Below, piece after piece: positions 35,584 to 45,979 of a stretch of DNA of 64,000 bases. The stretch's first letter is position 1. Every line of letters begins with the position of its first letter. A program made the position numbers and the translations under genes. The notes under the pieces were generated by a model. That model was not told the DNA's origin. It saw nothing but the letters and a program-made list of their open reading frames with translations, and made no database searches. This DNA is from TPA_inf: Saccharomyces (taxonomy: Eukaryota). Location: NCBI GenBank assembly GCA_000146045.2, contig BK006949.2, positions 192,001 through 256,000 on the forward strand, in the 5' to 3' direction.

Positions 35584-36313
35584 GGAGCCCTTCTAAGGAG
35601 CCCTCCGCAAATAATAGGATCGGCAATTTCAGACGGAGGACGGAGCCGCCTAAGTGCCAAGAACATTAAAGAAGAAAGAAATAAACCTTGAGCGGCTACA
35701 CGAAACAGTGGTCAAGAGTAGAATCTCTGAAACGTCGAACCCTCTTTGTCAGTTATCGCGGGCATATTCTGAGAAGAAGCAATATACAACAAACGAGCAG
35801 GACAGATTAAAATTTTCAAGGCGAGGTAAGCTGTGCCAGATCAGTGTGGGACGACGCTCAGTAGTTGGCGATCGAAGCACGTGATCAGTTTTCCACATCC
35901 GTGATTTGGCGCAAATTACCATGTGAGCGTGCGGGAATAAGCTCCTTTATTTGCGGAGCGACAAAGGAAACGAGACCATATTACCCTACCTTCCTTGTTT
36001 TATTTTACTTTTTTTTCTAATTTTAATTTTCTTCGTTCCTTCAACTGTATGTACCCTTTTTCTACCGGAAATAAGACGGTCGTAGTGTCCGCGTTTTTGG
36101 TTCTTTAACGACAAGACATCAGTGCCTTCTCGCATTTTTGTTGAATTGTATTGTATTATGCTCGATGTTTCCAGAACGATATATACATCTGAGAGTTTAT
36201 ATATCAACGATCATTTTCTTGTTGCAGTAAGCTATAATAGACGCGTCAAATAGTCTAACCAGTCTAAATCTCATCAGCCACACACACGTACATCGGAATA
36301 TTATAGAGAACAA

Positions 36314-36772
36314 ATGTCCTTCATTAAAAACTTGTTATTTGGAGGTGTTAAAACAAGTGAGGATCCAACCGGGCTCACAGGTAACGGGGCCTCAAACACA
36401 AACGATTCTAATAAAGGTAGTGAACCGGTAGTAGCGGGTAATTTCTTTCCTAGGACGCTTTCCAAATTTAACGGCCACGACGATGAAAAAATATTTATTG
36501 CTATTAGGGGCAAAGTATACGACTGCACAAGAGGGAGGCAGTTTTACGGTCCAAGCGGGCCATACACTAACTTTGCAGGCCATGATGCGTCGCGTGGTCT
36601 TGCATTGAACTCCTTCGATCTGGACGTTATTAAAGATTGGGATCAGCCTATCGATCCCTTAGATGATCTGACAAAAGAACAGATTGACGCACTGGATGAG
36701 TGGCAAGAGCATTTTGAGAATAAGTACCCATGCATTGGTACTCTGATTCCGGAGCCTGGCGTGAACGTATGA
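36314..36772 (+). CDS. DAP1: Heme-binding, PGRMC1-like damage response protein DAP1 (YPL170W), cytochrome b5-like.
   Basis: The 152-aa ORF has the cytochrome b5-like heme/steroid-binding domain ([39 protein letters not shown]). Confidence 0.9.
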
Positions 36773-37038
36773 CGATTGAGCTCCGCACATTATTTATTAA
36801 TAGCAAACACCAAGGAAAGGGAAAAAGGAAGGGGCGTGGTGGACGATGATATATGTATACATATACATATCTATATTTTGAAAAAATCTTCTATATAACG
36901 GTTGTATAGAAATAATTACTTATTTATGAATTAGTACAAAATATACAAAGCATGCTGCTGTTCGGAACGTGACGAAAACAGTAGCTTAAACTGTATATTT
37001 TTTGTGATACTGTGCGGCTGAAACAGGGAACAATATCA

Positions 37039-38838
37039 TTAGAACTGCACAAATGCTTCTCTAGGGATGCCATTCATGCTACTCTGAAAACCCTTTATGG
37101 CAACTTCATAGTTCCAGTTACTTTGCTCGGCCAACATAAACGTGTATTCTGCATTCAATTTCGTTTCCAAATGTAGTTTATTCAGCAGCTCGAGTTGTAC
37201 GGGATTTAGCCGCGACTGGACATCTGGAGGTAGTTGCAAAGTGGGAGCCATGACCATGGCTCCTTGGGGTGCGCCGGGAATGCTCATCCCTCCTGGTACC
37301 ACTGAAGGTTGTGGCTGCGGTGGTGTCGTTATATTTGGGTTCATGCTTGCGACCTGTGGTAGGACCGAGGCCTGTTGCTGTGGAGGCTGTGCTATTGCAA
37401 TAGATGCAGTTTTCCAAGCGCCTGTGGAATACGCTCTTACAGTTAACAGATCAGATGCGATTATGACACTATTATTCATTGGAACAATTACCCAGGTTCT
37501 ATCAAAGGATTTTTTGGATAACTTATTATTTGATGTGGAGTTGTAACCATGATTGTATCTTCTATTCTTTTGATAGTTATTTTTCCCCGTTTTTTTATTG
37601 GATTCCAGTTCAGGCTTGCCAGTCTCTTCAAAAAATCCGTGCAACGTAATAACGAACCCATTTATTTGAGGATAACTAATTGTTTCCATTGAGTATTCAT
37701 TGGGTTGTTCTTGTAAATGGTGCTTTGTTTTCGGCAAAGTCTTGAATATACTATTAATGGACTCTTGCCCGATTGACAATCTCTGCTGGATAGATTTTTC
37801 ACTGGACACTTTGGATATATTACGTGAGGACGACATGTAATAACCAAATGCTGGAGTTTGGTCCGAATCTGTTACCGTAGATGGAGGAATAGTAGAATCC
37901 ACGGAAACAGAAAACTGGGATTGGGGCGAATACAAATTTAACAGTTGTTCTCTATTATTATCCCATAGATTCAAAAAGTTAGTTGCAAAGTCTGTAGATG
38001 ATTGCCCTAATGCATCGTTTTCGAAAAAAAACTGTTGAATCTTCATCGGTAATGAGTAAACGGTTTGCAATTTTTGTTCGTCTCTCACAATCACGTTATC
38101 TAGTACAACCAATTTCGGAAATAATCTTAACATTTCAGTGCGATACAACTTATCGGTGGTTATCGGGTTATTTGTCATCAAAAGCTCTCTTAGATCTTTG
38201 AATTTGTTCTTCCAAACTTCTAGCGATCTAAATCTAAAAATCTGATTGTTGGCCAGACAGAGGTTTTTCAAATTAGGAAATGTTTGAGCCAATGTGGAAA
38301 TTGCTGAGATGTCCTTAAGTTGGTTGTCAGCAAGATTGACACTTTCCACTATCAAACTTTTTTCTGTAGAAGCCAGTTTCATCATTGCTGGAAACATCTT
38401 AGACTGGGTGGAGATGGAACTAAAGACGCCCTTTTGAATTAGCTCGGGATCTGAATGTAAAGCGCCCAAATTTAGTAATTTTGTTTGTGGGTCATACCTC
38501 TTAAGGAGCACCCCCCTCAAGAACGAAATGGTGTCTGAAGTTCCCGCAGAGGCCCCATTGTTATCTAAAAGTTCGAACTTTAAATTACTGCCTGCAAACC
38601 GGACACCGTTCCATTTCATTAACGATTCTGCTTCTGCCTTTGAGTTGACATATCCAATAACTAAAGGTCCTTCCACATGAGCGTCATAAACAGCTACTCG
38701 AGCGTTGCGGCTTATAAAATTAATCAAATCGTTCATGGTTGCATTCTGCCAGTTCCTCACGCTAATCTTTATTCTATTTTGTTGCATCTGCTGTTGAGCC
38801 ATCATATTGATATTTCCAACATTGTGAAATCCGCTCAT
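37039..38838 (-). CDS. MEX67: mRNA export receptor MEX67 (YPL169C), with LRR, NTF2-like and UBA/TAP-C domains.
   Basis: The 599-aa ORF has the LRR segment (LNLGALHSDPEL...LCLANNQIFRF), an NTF2-like domain and a C-terminal UBA-like domain. Its length and its neighbours match my recall. Confidence 0.9.
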   Translation of the reverse strand: MSGFHNVGNINMMAQQQMQQNRIKISVRNWQNATMNDLINFISRNARVAVYDAHVEGPLVIGYVNSKAEAESLMKWNGVRFAGSNLKFELLDNNGASAGTSDTISFLRGVLLKRYDPQTKLLNLGALHSDPELIQKGVFSSISTQSKMFPAMMKLASTEKSLIVESVNLADNQLKDISAISTLAQTFPNLKNLCLANNQIFRFRSLEVWKNKFKDLRELLMTNNPITTDKLYRTEMLRLFPKLVVLDNVIVRDEQKLQTVYSLPMKIQQFFFENDALGQSSTDFATNFLNLWDNNREQLLNLYSPQSQFSVSVDSTIPPSTVTDSDQTPAFGYYMSSSRNISKVSSEKSIQQRLSIGQESINSIFKTLPKTKHHLQEQPNEYSMETISYPQINGFVITLHGFFEETGKPELESNKKTGKNNYQKNRRYNHGYNSTSNNKLSKKSFDRTWVIVPMNNSVIIASDLLTVRAYSTGAWKTASIAIAQPPQQQASVLPQVASMNPNITTPPQPQPSVVPGGMSIPGAPQGAMVMAPTLQLPPDVQSRLNPVQLELLNKLHLETKLNAEYTFMLAEQSNWNYEVAIKGFQSSMNGIPREAFVQF

Positions 38839-39216
38839 TTTTTTTGCTGCTATTAGCGATGCAGAATTTTTAACGATTTATTTTACTCTTCCTTCTTAGA
38901 GTAAGTATGTCTTCAACAGTCTGTTACTATTTTTTTTTCTACATACTCAATTCAGCTCTTACTGAAATTTTCTTCTGGAAAAAAAAGGAAGACGGGTAAT
39001 GATGATCTTATATAACAGTATAATCTGTAGGTATATTTATCGTTAGAATCCTCTACGAAAGGCAAGTGGGCATGGATTTCTAGCTTTTGAAGCCGCGTTT
39101 AAGTTTCTTCAGAATTAATATTCGTAGAAATTTTCTGTTCTTTGCTTCTTTTCTGAGCTTTGGTGGAATAAACTTGGTTCCATTCAACTTAAAGGAAGGA
39201 GGAAGTACTGTTCAAA

Positions 39217-40509
39217 ATGACAGTTTTATACACATCTGCATCGCTGAAAAAAATGAAGTGCTTGGCATTCAACATGGGCATGAATTGCGTACGAACAGTA
39301 TCTCATGCAAGAAGTGGAGGTGCAAAATTTGGAGGACGGAATGTATTTAATATATTTGACTCAAAAACTCCTGATTCAGTGCGTATAAAGGCCTTCAAAA
39401 ACACAATATACCAGTCTGCCATGGGCAAAGGTAAGACCAAGTTTTCTGCAATGGAAATTAATCTCATAACAAGTCTAGTGCGCGGATATAAAGGAGAAGG
39501 TAAGAAGAACGCGATAAATCCTCTCCAAACTAACGTGCAAATTCTTAACAAATTATTACTAACACATCGATTAACAGACAAAGACATATTAGAAGGAATG
39601 AACCTGGCAGCCGGTCCTGTCAATGTTGCTATTCCTCGAGACATAACACCGCAGGAAGAAAAGAAGAAAGTTGAACTAAGAAATCGAAAAGCAGAGAATA
39701 TGGATCTTCACCCGAGCAGGAAGATGCATATTAAGGAACTTCTACACTCTTTGAACTTAGATATGTGTAATGATGAGGAGGTTTATCAGAAAATATCACT
39801 TTACTTACAGAAAAATGAGGAAAGCAGGACTTCAGTGGGTGCCTCGCAACAAAACCACGTAGATATCGATATAAACTCCCTAAAACGCTATCTACAAAAT
39901 ATTGAAAAGAAGGCACGTCAAAAAAGTGCCATCGATAAACAAAAAAAGAATCAAGCTCGTATATATCAATGGAATACTCAATCCTTCTCCGAAATAGTAC
40001 CCTTATCAGCTGGAAATATCTTATTCAAAAGGGAACCCAATCGCTTATGGAAACGTTTACAAAATGGAATAAGTGTATTTTTAGGTTCAAACGGAGGAGG
40101 AAAAAAGAGTAAAACTACTAAAAAAGTACTTCAAGGGAATAACATATTGTTACACTCATTAGAAAACAATAAGGATATGACCCTGTCAAACAACTTTGAT
40201 CACAGTGTCTTTAACATCAATTTTACGGACTTATTTGGCGTTATTAATGCATCTGGGTCCCCACCAGATAGAGTTTTGAACGAAATTAATGAGATCGAAT
40301 TAAAAGGTTGGAAATGTGTGGGGAACTTATACGATAATAATAAAATTGTAGTTTTTCAAAGTAGCAATCCACTCTTAGAGGATACGAAGATTCCTCAAAA
40401 GTCTTTCACTAATTCAAAGAGATTCCTTATTTCACTCTCAGCATTGCTGGCCTCCTTTTTTGCATATTATAGATACCGTCTATCTCAACGTCAAGAATCA
40501 AAGAAATGA
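39217..40509 (+). CDS. MRX4: Uncharacterised mitochondrial protein MRX4 (YPL168W).
   Basis: The 430-aa ORF is basic and Lys-rich, with a single C-terminal hydrophobic segment (FLISLSALLASFFAYY). The call rests on position and recalled length. Confidence 0.7.
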   Translation: MTVLYTSASLKKMKCLAFNMGMNCVRTVSHARSGGAKFGGRNVFNIFDSKTPDSVRIKAFKNTIYQSAMGKGKTKFSAMEINLITSLVRGYKGEGKKNAINPLQTNVQILNKLLLTHRLTDKDILEGMNLAAGPVNVAIPRDITPQEEKKKVELRNRKAENMDLHPSRKMHIKELLHSLNLDMCNDEEVYQKISLYLQKNEESRTSVGASQQNHVDIDINSLKRYLQNIEKKARQKSAIDKQKKNQARIYQWNTQSFSEIVPLSAGNILFKREPNRLWKRLQNGISVFLGSNGGGKKSKTTKKVLQGNNILLHSLENNKDMTLSNNFDHSVFNINFTDLFGVINASGSPPDRVLNEINEIELKGWKCVGNLYDNNKIVVFQSSNPLLEDTKIPQKSFTNSKRFLISLSALLASFFAYYRYRLSQRQESKK

Positions 40510-40592
40510 TTTTTTTCTTTCTTGTATATAACAACGTTATACATAGAAACAAATAACTACTCATCATTTTGCGAGACATATCTGTGTCTAGA

Positions 40593-43500
40593 TTACCAAT
40601 CATTTAGAGATATTAATGCTTCTTCCCTTTGAACAGATTGATTATCTCTCAAGTATCTTTCTGCTTTGACACGAGAGTAAAATACTGGACAGTCATATGA
40701 ATTGCATTTACTAGCTATATGGTCATTTTCGATGCCTGCATCGGAAGTGTAACGATAACTGCACGTCCTGCACACGGTCTTTAGTGTTTGGTATTCTTTT
40801 TGTCTCTTTAATTTCTTTATGAGAAATGATAAGGTTGTGGTGCTTCTTTTCTCTAAACAGTCATCACATAACTGAAGTGAACATATTTTAGTCAATTCTT
40901 CACCACAATTACAACATGTTGCAGAAGTTCCTACTCTTGTTATGTTTTCCACTTTTGTAGTAGTTGTGCTCGCCCTTTTGGATTTTACTATTTCCTGAGC
41001 CCAGTTGCCAACATTTATACCAATCAAATTGAACAATCTATCAAGAGGAGGTATCAGAATTTTGTTTATATAATACTCCGAATCTAACTCTAAATTCTCA
41101 CCTTCTAAGAACTCTTCTGGTGATACGCATCTTTCCCGAAGCAGTTGTCCTTGCTTTCCTTTAACAACAAGGTAAGGTATACGCTCCTTGTATTGGGGTT
41201 CTGCTCTATGGTCTTCATTTATTCTTCTTTTTACAACCACGGCACCTGCAGGGGCTGTCTTTTCGCTTTTATACGCTCCTAATTTAACTTCTTTTGCAAA
41301 ACAAAAATCTTGGGCAGATACCTTTCCTATTTGAATCTTAAAAAATTCATTTTGAAGATACTTTTTTATTTTTGACAGGTCTTTGGTTTGAAAAAGTAAT
41401 CGAATACATTTTTCAATAATCTTCTGCTGGGCTGGGATACCATCCCTTCTAACAGTTTCAATACCCTTAGCATCAAAAATAGGAAGGGTCTGCGAAGGAC
41501 TTTCATAGGAAAATCCTACGTACCTTTTTTTGCTAATTAATATGGAGGGATGGTATACTTTTTCAAACTTCAAAAAGATTGGTTTTGGATTGTTTTGAGT
41601 AACTCTTTCTGCCATAGCATGTCCTATAGAAAAAGCCTCAATAGCAGTTTTTCCAGGTAGATATACAAATAAACTATCTGTGTCTCCATAGACAACTTTG
41701 GCGTTCCAAGTTTCATCTTTCTCAATAATATCTATTGCTTTCTCCAATGTTTCTCTGCCTGTTTGTACAATGCTATCAGCTAAATCAGAGCATGGCATTC
41801 GTCCAGAAAATGAAGCTGATGTATAACCGTAGGTGACATTCGCCAATAATTTTAGTGCTAACTGTTTGTTATTCAAAAGCCTTTTTAGGGTAGTGTTGTC
41901 ATCACCTATTTCGTTCATTGTTTTCTTTATCATCACTCTGACATCAAGGATATCTGTTAACATTTTGGATAACGTTGATTTTCTAACAGAGGTCTTGGCA
42001 TAAACAACACCATTTGGAGCGATAGTTACATCATTTTTTAATAAAGCTAAAATGTTTCTTGGTAATGAAAACTTAGATACTCCAAGGTTATTTTCCGTTA
42101 AGTTTATTTCTCGCACTCTTCCTATCATAGTCGAATAGCAATAGTTGTATCCAATCATAATGGATGGATACAATGATTGGAAATCCAGCACAATTAAAGG
42201 ACTTTTGTAGAAAGCAGATTCTGGCTCCATAACCAAAGGCACACATTCAAGTGCTTTTTGCTTACGAACATCCTTTTTGCCTGGAGAAAGAAGGATAAAA
42301 CTTTCGGACTTGCATATTCGGATTAAAAAAGACTCAACTTTAAATTGTGATCCTCTGTAATATACAGAATGGAAATCTATTCCTATCAATCTTGCCTGTT
42401 CGATATTTCGAGCAATGTAATCCTGCTTTCTTAATAGTTGTATATTTATCTGAGCTCTTGATAACCAATAATTTAACACAGTCTTTAATTCGGTTGTGCT
42501 CTTTTTAGCGTTCCACATATTAGTTAATGACTCAAATGAAAAGTGAGGTAATCGTTTATGGAGGATATTGAACGCAGCACTTTCAATAGTATATTGCGTT
42601 AAATTTACGTCGGACCTCAACGCTCTCCATATATTAATCATATGTCTTCCGGTAATCATAATTCCTGAGGAATGGGCATATCCCCAAGTATCTGACAACT
42701 TCGTCTTAATTTGGCATTTGACTCTGGCAAGTTCCCTGACAATGTCAAATTGATGTATTTTTTGACACCTTTCAATTATATAACCCCACGAAAAATTATG
42801 TATTTCGAAACCGGAAAGAATATCAGGATCAAGAAGTAATACCAAATCAGTTAGAGCCTCAAACATTTCAAATTCACTTTCATAGAACATCACGGGAATT
42901 TCGTTAATACAATGTTGAATTTTAGTAGGAAATGTACTATCCTCAGAAGCTTTGTGGACTATCATAATCCCTTCGTAAGCGATATCCAAATCTAAAGGGA
43001 AAGTTTCTTCTTCAAGACACCATATAATCATGGAAACTTCATCTATTGCAGGGTCTGGAATTTTATCACTTCTCGTGTTTGCATGAATCTCAAGTGTCAG
43101 ATGAGTAAGAGAATCGTGAACGCTACTTTTTTTTCTTTTTTGTTTTCCAGAAACGTCACTAGCAAATTTGTATAAAAACTTACTATGAGGGGTGTGCATG
43201 CTTATCTGAGACTCAGTTTTTTTGTTTCCCATCGAGGGTACTTTATTGTACCATTTTTGAACAGCATCATACGTAGGTGGTTTTAACGCATATTTCCAGG
43301 AGGAAAACATGTCGAAAGTTGGCTTGTTATAAACTGATACGGTCTCTCCCCCAAATTGGACGGGTATTCTCGTTGATACATGTGTCGAGCTTATTTCAAA
43401 CCTCTTACCTGCGTACGCGTAAGGTTTATTTTCTAGATCAACTGGATTCGAAAAGAAAGGGTCCTTATAGTCTATTTTTGGGAATCCCTCGTCTTCCAAT

Positions 43501-45107
43501 TTATTCAGAATATCTTGATAACCGAAAGGAGGCTCACCATAAACAAAGGCTCTTTTTCCATAGCGTAATCCCGCAGCCATAACCTTCTTTCTTTTCCGAG
43601 ACAGCAACGATGTTTTATTAGCAGAAACAGATGATCTAAGTTTTCGTTTACTTGCCATATTTTGCGTCATAGCACAATCCATTGAAAAATTTATCGTATT
43701 GTGATATTTTGTTTGATGATCTAATAGTATAGTAGAATCTTTCGGAGACGCAATGCTTTCCGGTAACCATGAATAAGACCGAGACTTTATATTGCTTCCT
43801 TTTACACCTTCGTTCTCATTATCAACACCACATATCTCGTATTCGGTGAACGATGCATTAACTTGGTCGTCGTTCTTTTTATCTTGCATACTATTATTGT
43901 TTATTTCAATCTGTGGAAGCCTTGGCCACAATTGCGGTAATGCTTCATAGGGCGTATTTATGGCTGAGAATTTTTGATTCTTATCTATAAAGTTCTCAAA
44001 ATTTGGTATTTGACCATCAAAAGTACTTGTTTTATGTTGTGCTTTCTTATAAAACGCTTCGAACTCTCCAGAAGATTGCCATTGATGACCACTCACATGG
44101 CGCTTTGTTTCTGGTGGTTCTTTATATTCCTTCAAGGACAACTCCTCTCGTTGCATGGTAAGTTCATTTATCATGTCCCTAGCAGAGGATACATATGGTT
44201 TGACAGGTATGTCAGAAATATCTCCCAGTTTTTCCAAAAAGTCGTGATGTATATCTCTATGCTGTAACTTTTCTCTATTTTTGATGAATTGCGGTAGTAT
44301 ATCTATCTCAATCAATCCATTTCCAACCCGTGGAAAATCCCTTCTACTGAGTACGTTACACTTGAAGTCACAAAATCGATCTAGTAACAACTGAAGATCA
44401 TCATTAATTGTCAGCTTATCTATGTCCAGTATACTATTTAAAACAGGAGAGCGAAAATAACACCTATCCACGTTTATCCATGAACATCCAAATAAGTTAA
44501 AATCTGCGGTCCATTGTAGCAAGTAAGGAATATGTGATTCATAAATTTCGAATTTCTTTCCGAAAATCTTGCCATCTCTAATCAATTCCGAAATCCTACT
44601 TAGACAAGAAGGATTAAGCAAAGAAATTTTGTAAAACAGATTCCAGCCAACGTGGTAACCATAAAATGGTATACCCTTTACAACAGAGACATCAGCGACA
44701 AAATTGAGATTTCCAAGTTTGTCGCCGGCTAAATCGTGTTTATCATCTTTTTTCCTTTTAAAGGATGCCCTAATTTTTACTTCCAGCGTTTTATGAACTT
44801 GGGCACATCTTTGGTGTCTCAATGTACTCGTGTCAGTTATTTGTCCATCATACTTGATGAACATGTAAGGTAGAATGCCATGGACGTGGCACAATACTTG
44901 ATGCCCTGTGGGTAAAGCACCAAACACCCTGATGTTTGGGACCTGTGAAAACTGGTTTAAGGGCAGGCTTTCACCGTGCGATGGGTCCAAAAAGGTGGGT
45001 TTTGACATATAGTAGTCTTGATTATTTAGCTGGATTCTAAAATAGTCTGATTTAGAGGATGATCTAACCGTATCGCTCTGTATTGTGTCGTTCGACTCCC
45101 TCGACAT
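40593..45107 (-). CDS. REV3: DNA polymerase zeta catalytic subunit REV3 (YPL167C).
   Basis: B-family polymerase motifs are present: DFQSLYPSI (motif A), KxxxNSxYG-like LLANVTYGYT (motif B), YGDTDS (motif C) and C-terminal Cys clusters (CCNCGEE...C, CRTCSYRY...CNSYDC). The track ORF starts at a TTG at 45239. The first ATG is at 45105-45107 (MSRESNDTIQ...), giving the recalled 1504 aa. Confidence 0.92.
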   Translation of the reverse strand: MSRESNDTIQSDTVRSSSKSDYFRIQLNNQDYYMSKPTFLDPSHGESLPLNQFSQVPNIRVFGALPTGHQVLCHVHGILPYMFIKYDGQITDTSTLRHQRCAQVHKTLEVKIRASFKRKKDDKHDLAGDKLGNLNFVADVSVVKGIPFYGYHVGWNLFYKISLLNPSCLSRISELIRDGKIFGKKFEIYESHIPYLLQWTADFNLFGCSWINVDRCYFRSPVLNSILDIDKLTINDDLQLLLDRFCDFKCNVLSRRDFPRVGNGLIEIDILPQFIKNREKLQHRDIHHDFLEKLGDISDIPVKPYVSSARDMINELTMQREELSLKEYKEPPETKRHVSGHQWQSSGEFEAFYKKAQHKTSTFDGQIPNFENFIDKNQKFSAINTPYEALPQLWPRLPQIEINNNSMQDKKNDDQVNASFTEYEICGVDNENEGVKGSNIKSRSYSWLPESIASPKDSTILLDHQTKYHNTINFSMDCAMTQNMASKRKLRSSVSANKTSLLSRKRKKVMAAGLRYGKRAFVYGEPPFGYQDILNKLEDEGFPKIDYKDPFFSNPVDLENKPYAYAGKRFEISSTHVSTRIPVQFGGETVSVYNKPTFDMFSSWKYALKPPTYDAVQKWYNKVPSMGNKKTESQISMHTPHSKFLYKFASDVSGKQKRKKSSVHDSLTHLTLEIHANTRSDKIPDPAIDEVSMIIWCLEEETFPLDLDIAYEGIMIVHKASEDSTFPTKIQHCINEIPVMFYESEFEMFEALTDLVLLLDPDILSGFEIHNFSWGYIIERCQKIHQFDIVRELARVKCQIKTKLSDTWGYAHSSGIMITGRHMINIWRALRSDVNLTQYTIESAAFNILHKRLPHFSFESLTNMWNAKKSTTELKTVLNYWLSRAQINIQLLRKQDYIARNIEQARLIGIDFHSVYYRGSQFKVESFLIRICKSESFILLSPGKKDVRKQKALECVPLVMEPESAFYKSPLIVLDFQSLYPSIMIGYNYCYSTMIGRVREINLTENNLGVSKFSLPRNILALLKNDVTIAPNGVVYAKTSVRKSTLSKMLTDILDVRVMIKKTMNEIGDDNTTLKRLLNNKQLALKLLANVTYGYTSASFSGRMPCSDLADSIVQTGRETLEKAIDIIEKDETWNAKVVYGDTDSLFVYLPGKTAIEAFSIGHAMAERVTQNNPKPIFLKFEKVYHPSILISKKRYVGFSYESPSQTLPIFDAKGIETVRRDGIPAQQKIIEKCIRLLFQTKDLSKIKKYLQNEFFKIQIGKVSAQDFCFAKEVKLGAYKSEKTAPAGAVVVKRRINEDHRAEPQYKERIPYLVVKGKQGQLLRERCVSPEEFLEGENLELDSEYYINKILIPPLDRLFNLIGINVGNWAQEIVKSKRASTTTTKVENITRVGTSATCCNCGEELTKICSLQLCDDCLEKRSTTTLSFLIKKLKRQKEYQTLKTVCRTCSYRYTSDAGIENDHIASKCNSYDCPVFYSRVKAERYLRDNQSVQREEALISLNDW

Positions 45108-45337
45108 TTCCAAACATTTTATTTCGCCACAACTTGTAGTTTTGTATTGACTCAAATACTTTCTCTTGTTTTGTGCTTCTATTACAGAGATGGCTTTTTT
45201 CTTCAAGTACACTATTTCTAGACGCACTGCACTCGTCAAAAAAATGATTCAAGGTGAAAATAAAGGGGTGTTAGTGAATACTTATCAAGAAGAGACATAC
45301 ATAATTGTACTGCTGTGCATTTTCCTACTTGACTTTC

Positions 45338-45979
45338 ATGATTATGAATAGTACAAACACAGTTGTATATATCAAAGTTAAGGGTAGGAGACCACAGGGA
45401 TTCTTGGATCCTCCCAAATTTGAGTGGAATGGAACAAAGGAGCGACAGCTTTGGACAATGGTATCAAATTTGAATTATTCACAAGATCAAATAGATTGGC
45501 AGAATTTATCAAAAATATTTGAAACGCCTGAATTTTTTCTTAAAAAGAGAACATATAAATTATTTGCTGAACACTTAGAGCTTTTACAACTACAATTGGA
45601 GAAAAAAAGAGATCTTGAGAAGTATTCAAATGATCAAGTGAATGAAGGGATGTCTGATTTAATACATAAATATACCCCTACTTTACAAAATGATAATCTA
45701 TTAAATGTATCCGCAAGCCCACTGACCACGGAAAGACAGGATTCTGAAGAAGTTGAGACAGAAGTAACAAATGAGGCGTTACAACATTTGCAAACTTCCA
45801 AAATTTTGAACATTCACAAGAAAACATCGGATAGTGAGAATAAGCCTAATGACAAATTGGATAAGGATGGTATTAATAAAGAAATGGAGTGCGGTAGTTC
45901 AGATGACGATTTATCTTCGAGCTTAAGTGTTAGTAAATCTGCGTTGGAAGAAGCGCTAATGGACAGATTGCAATTCTGA
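45338..45979 (+). CDS. ATG29: Autophagy protein ATG29 (YPL166W).
   Basis: The first ATG is at 45338 and gives the recalled 213 aa (MIMNSTNTVVYIKVKGRRPQGFLDPPKFEWNGTKE...). The track ORF carries an 11-codon non-ATG N-terminal extension. Confidence 0.8.
   Translation: MIMNSTNTVVYIKVKGRRPQGFLDPPKFEWNGTKERQLWTMVSNLNYSQDQIDWQNLSKIFETPEFFLKKRTYKLFAEHLELLQLQLEKKRDLEKYSNDQVNEGMSDLIHKYTPTLQNDNLLNVSASPLTTERQDSEEVETEVTNEALQHLQTSKILNIHKKTSDSENKPNDKLDKDGINKEMECGSSDDDLSSSLSVSKSALEEALMDRLQF

Noticed and set aside
37142-37546. A 134-aa plus-strand ORF antisense to the MEX67 C-terminal region.
   Set aside because: It is a Gly/Cys/Ala-rich translation of the antisense of Pro/Gln-rich MEX67 codons. It is a typical GC-skew artefact.
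45108-45239. N-terminal extensions in the ORF track: REV3 45108-45239, RTT10 10537-10545, TRE1 26364-26411, ATG29 45305-45337, TGS1 62736-62813, and the SPT14 ORF start at 26697.
   Set aside because: I checked the codons at the REV3, RTT10, TRE1, TGS1 and SPT14 track starts, and each is TTG or GTG. The ATG29 extension I infer from the 11 surplus codons. The downstream ATGs reproduce the recalled protein lengths. The SPT14 track start lies inside its intron.
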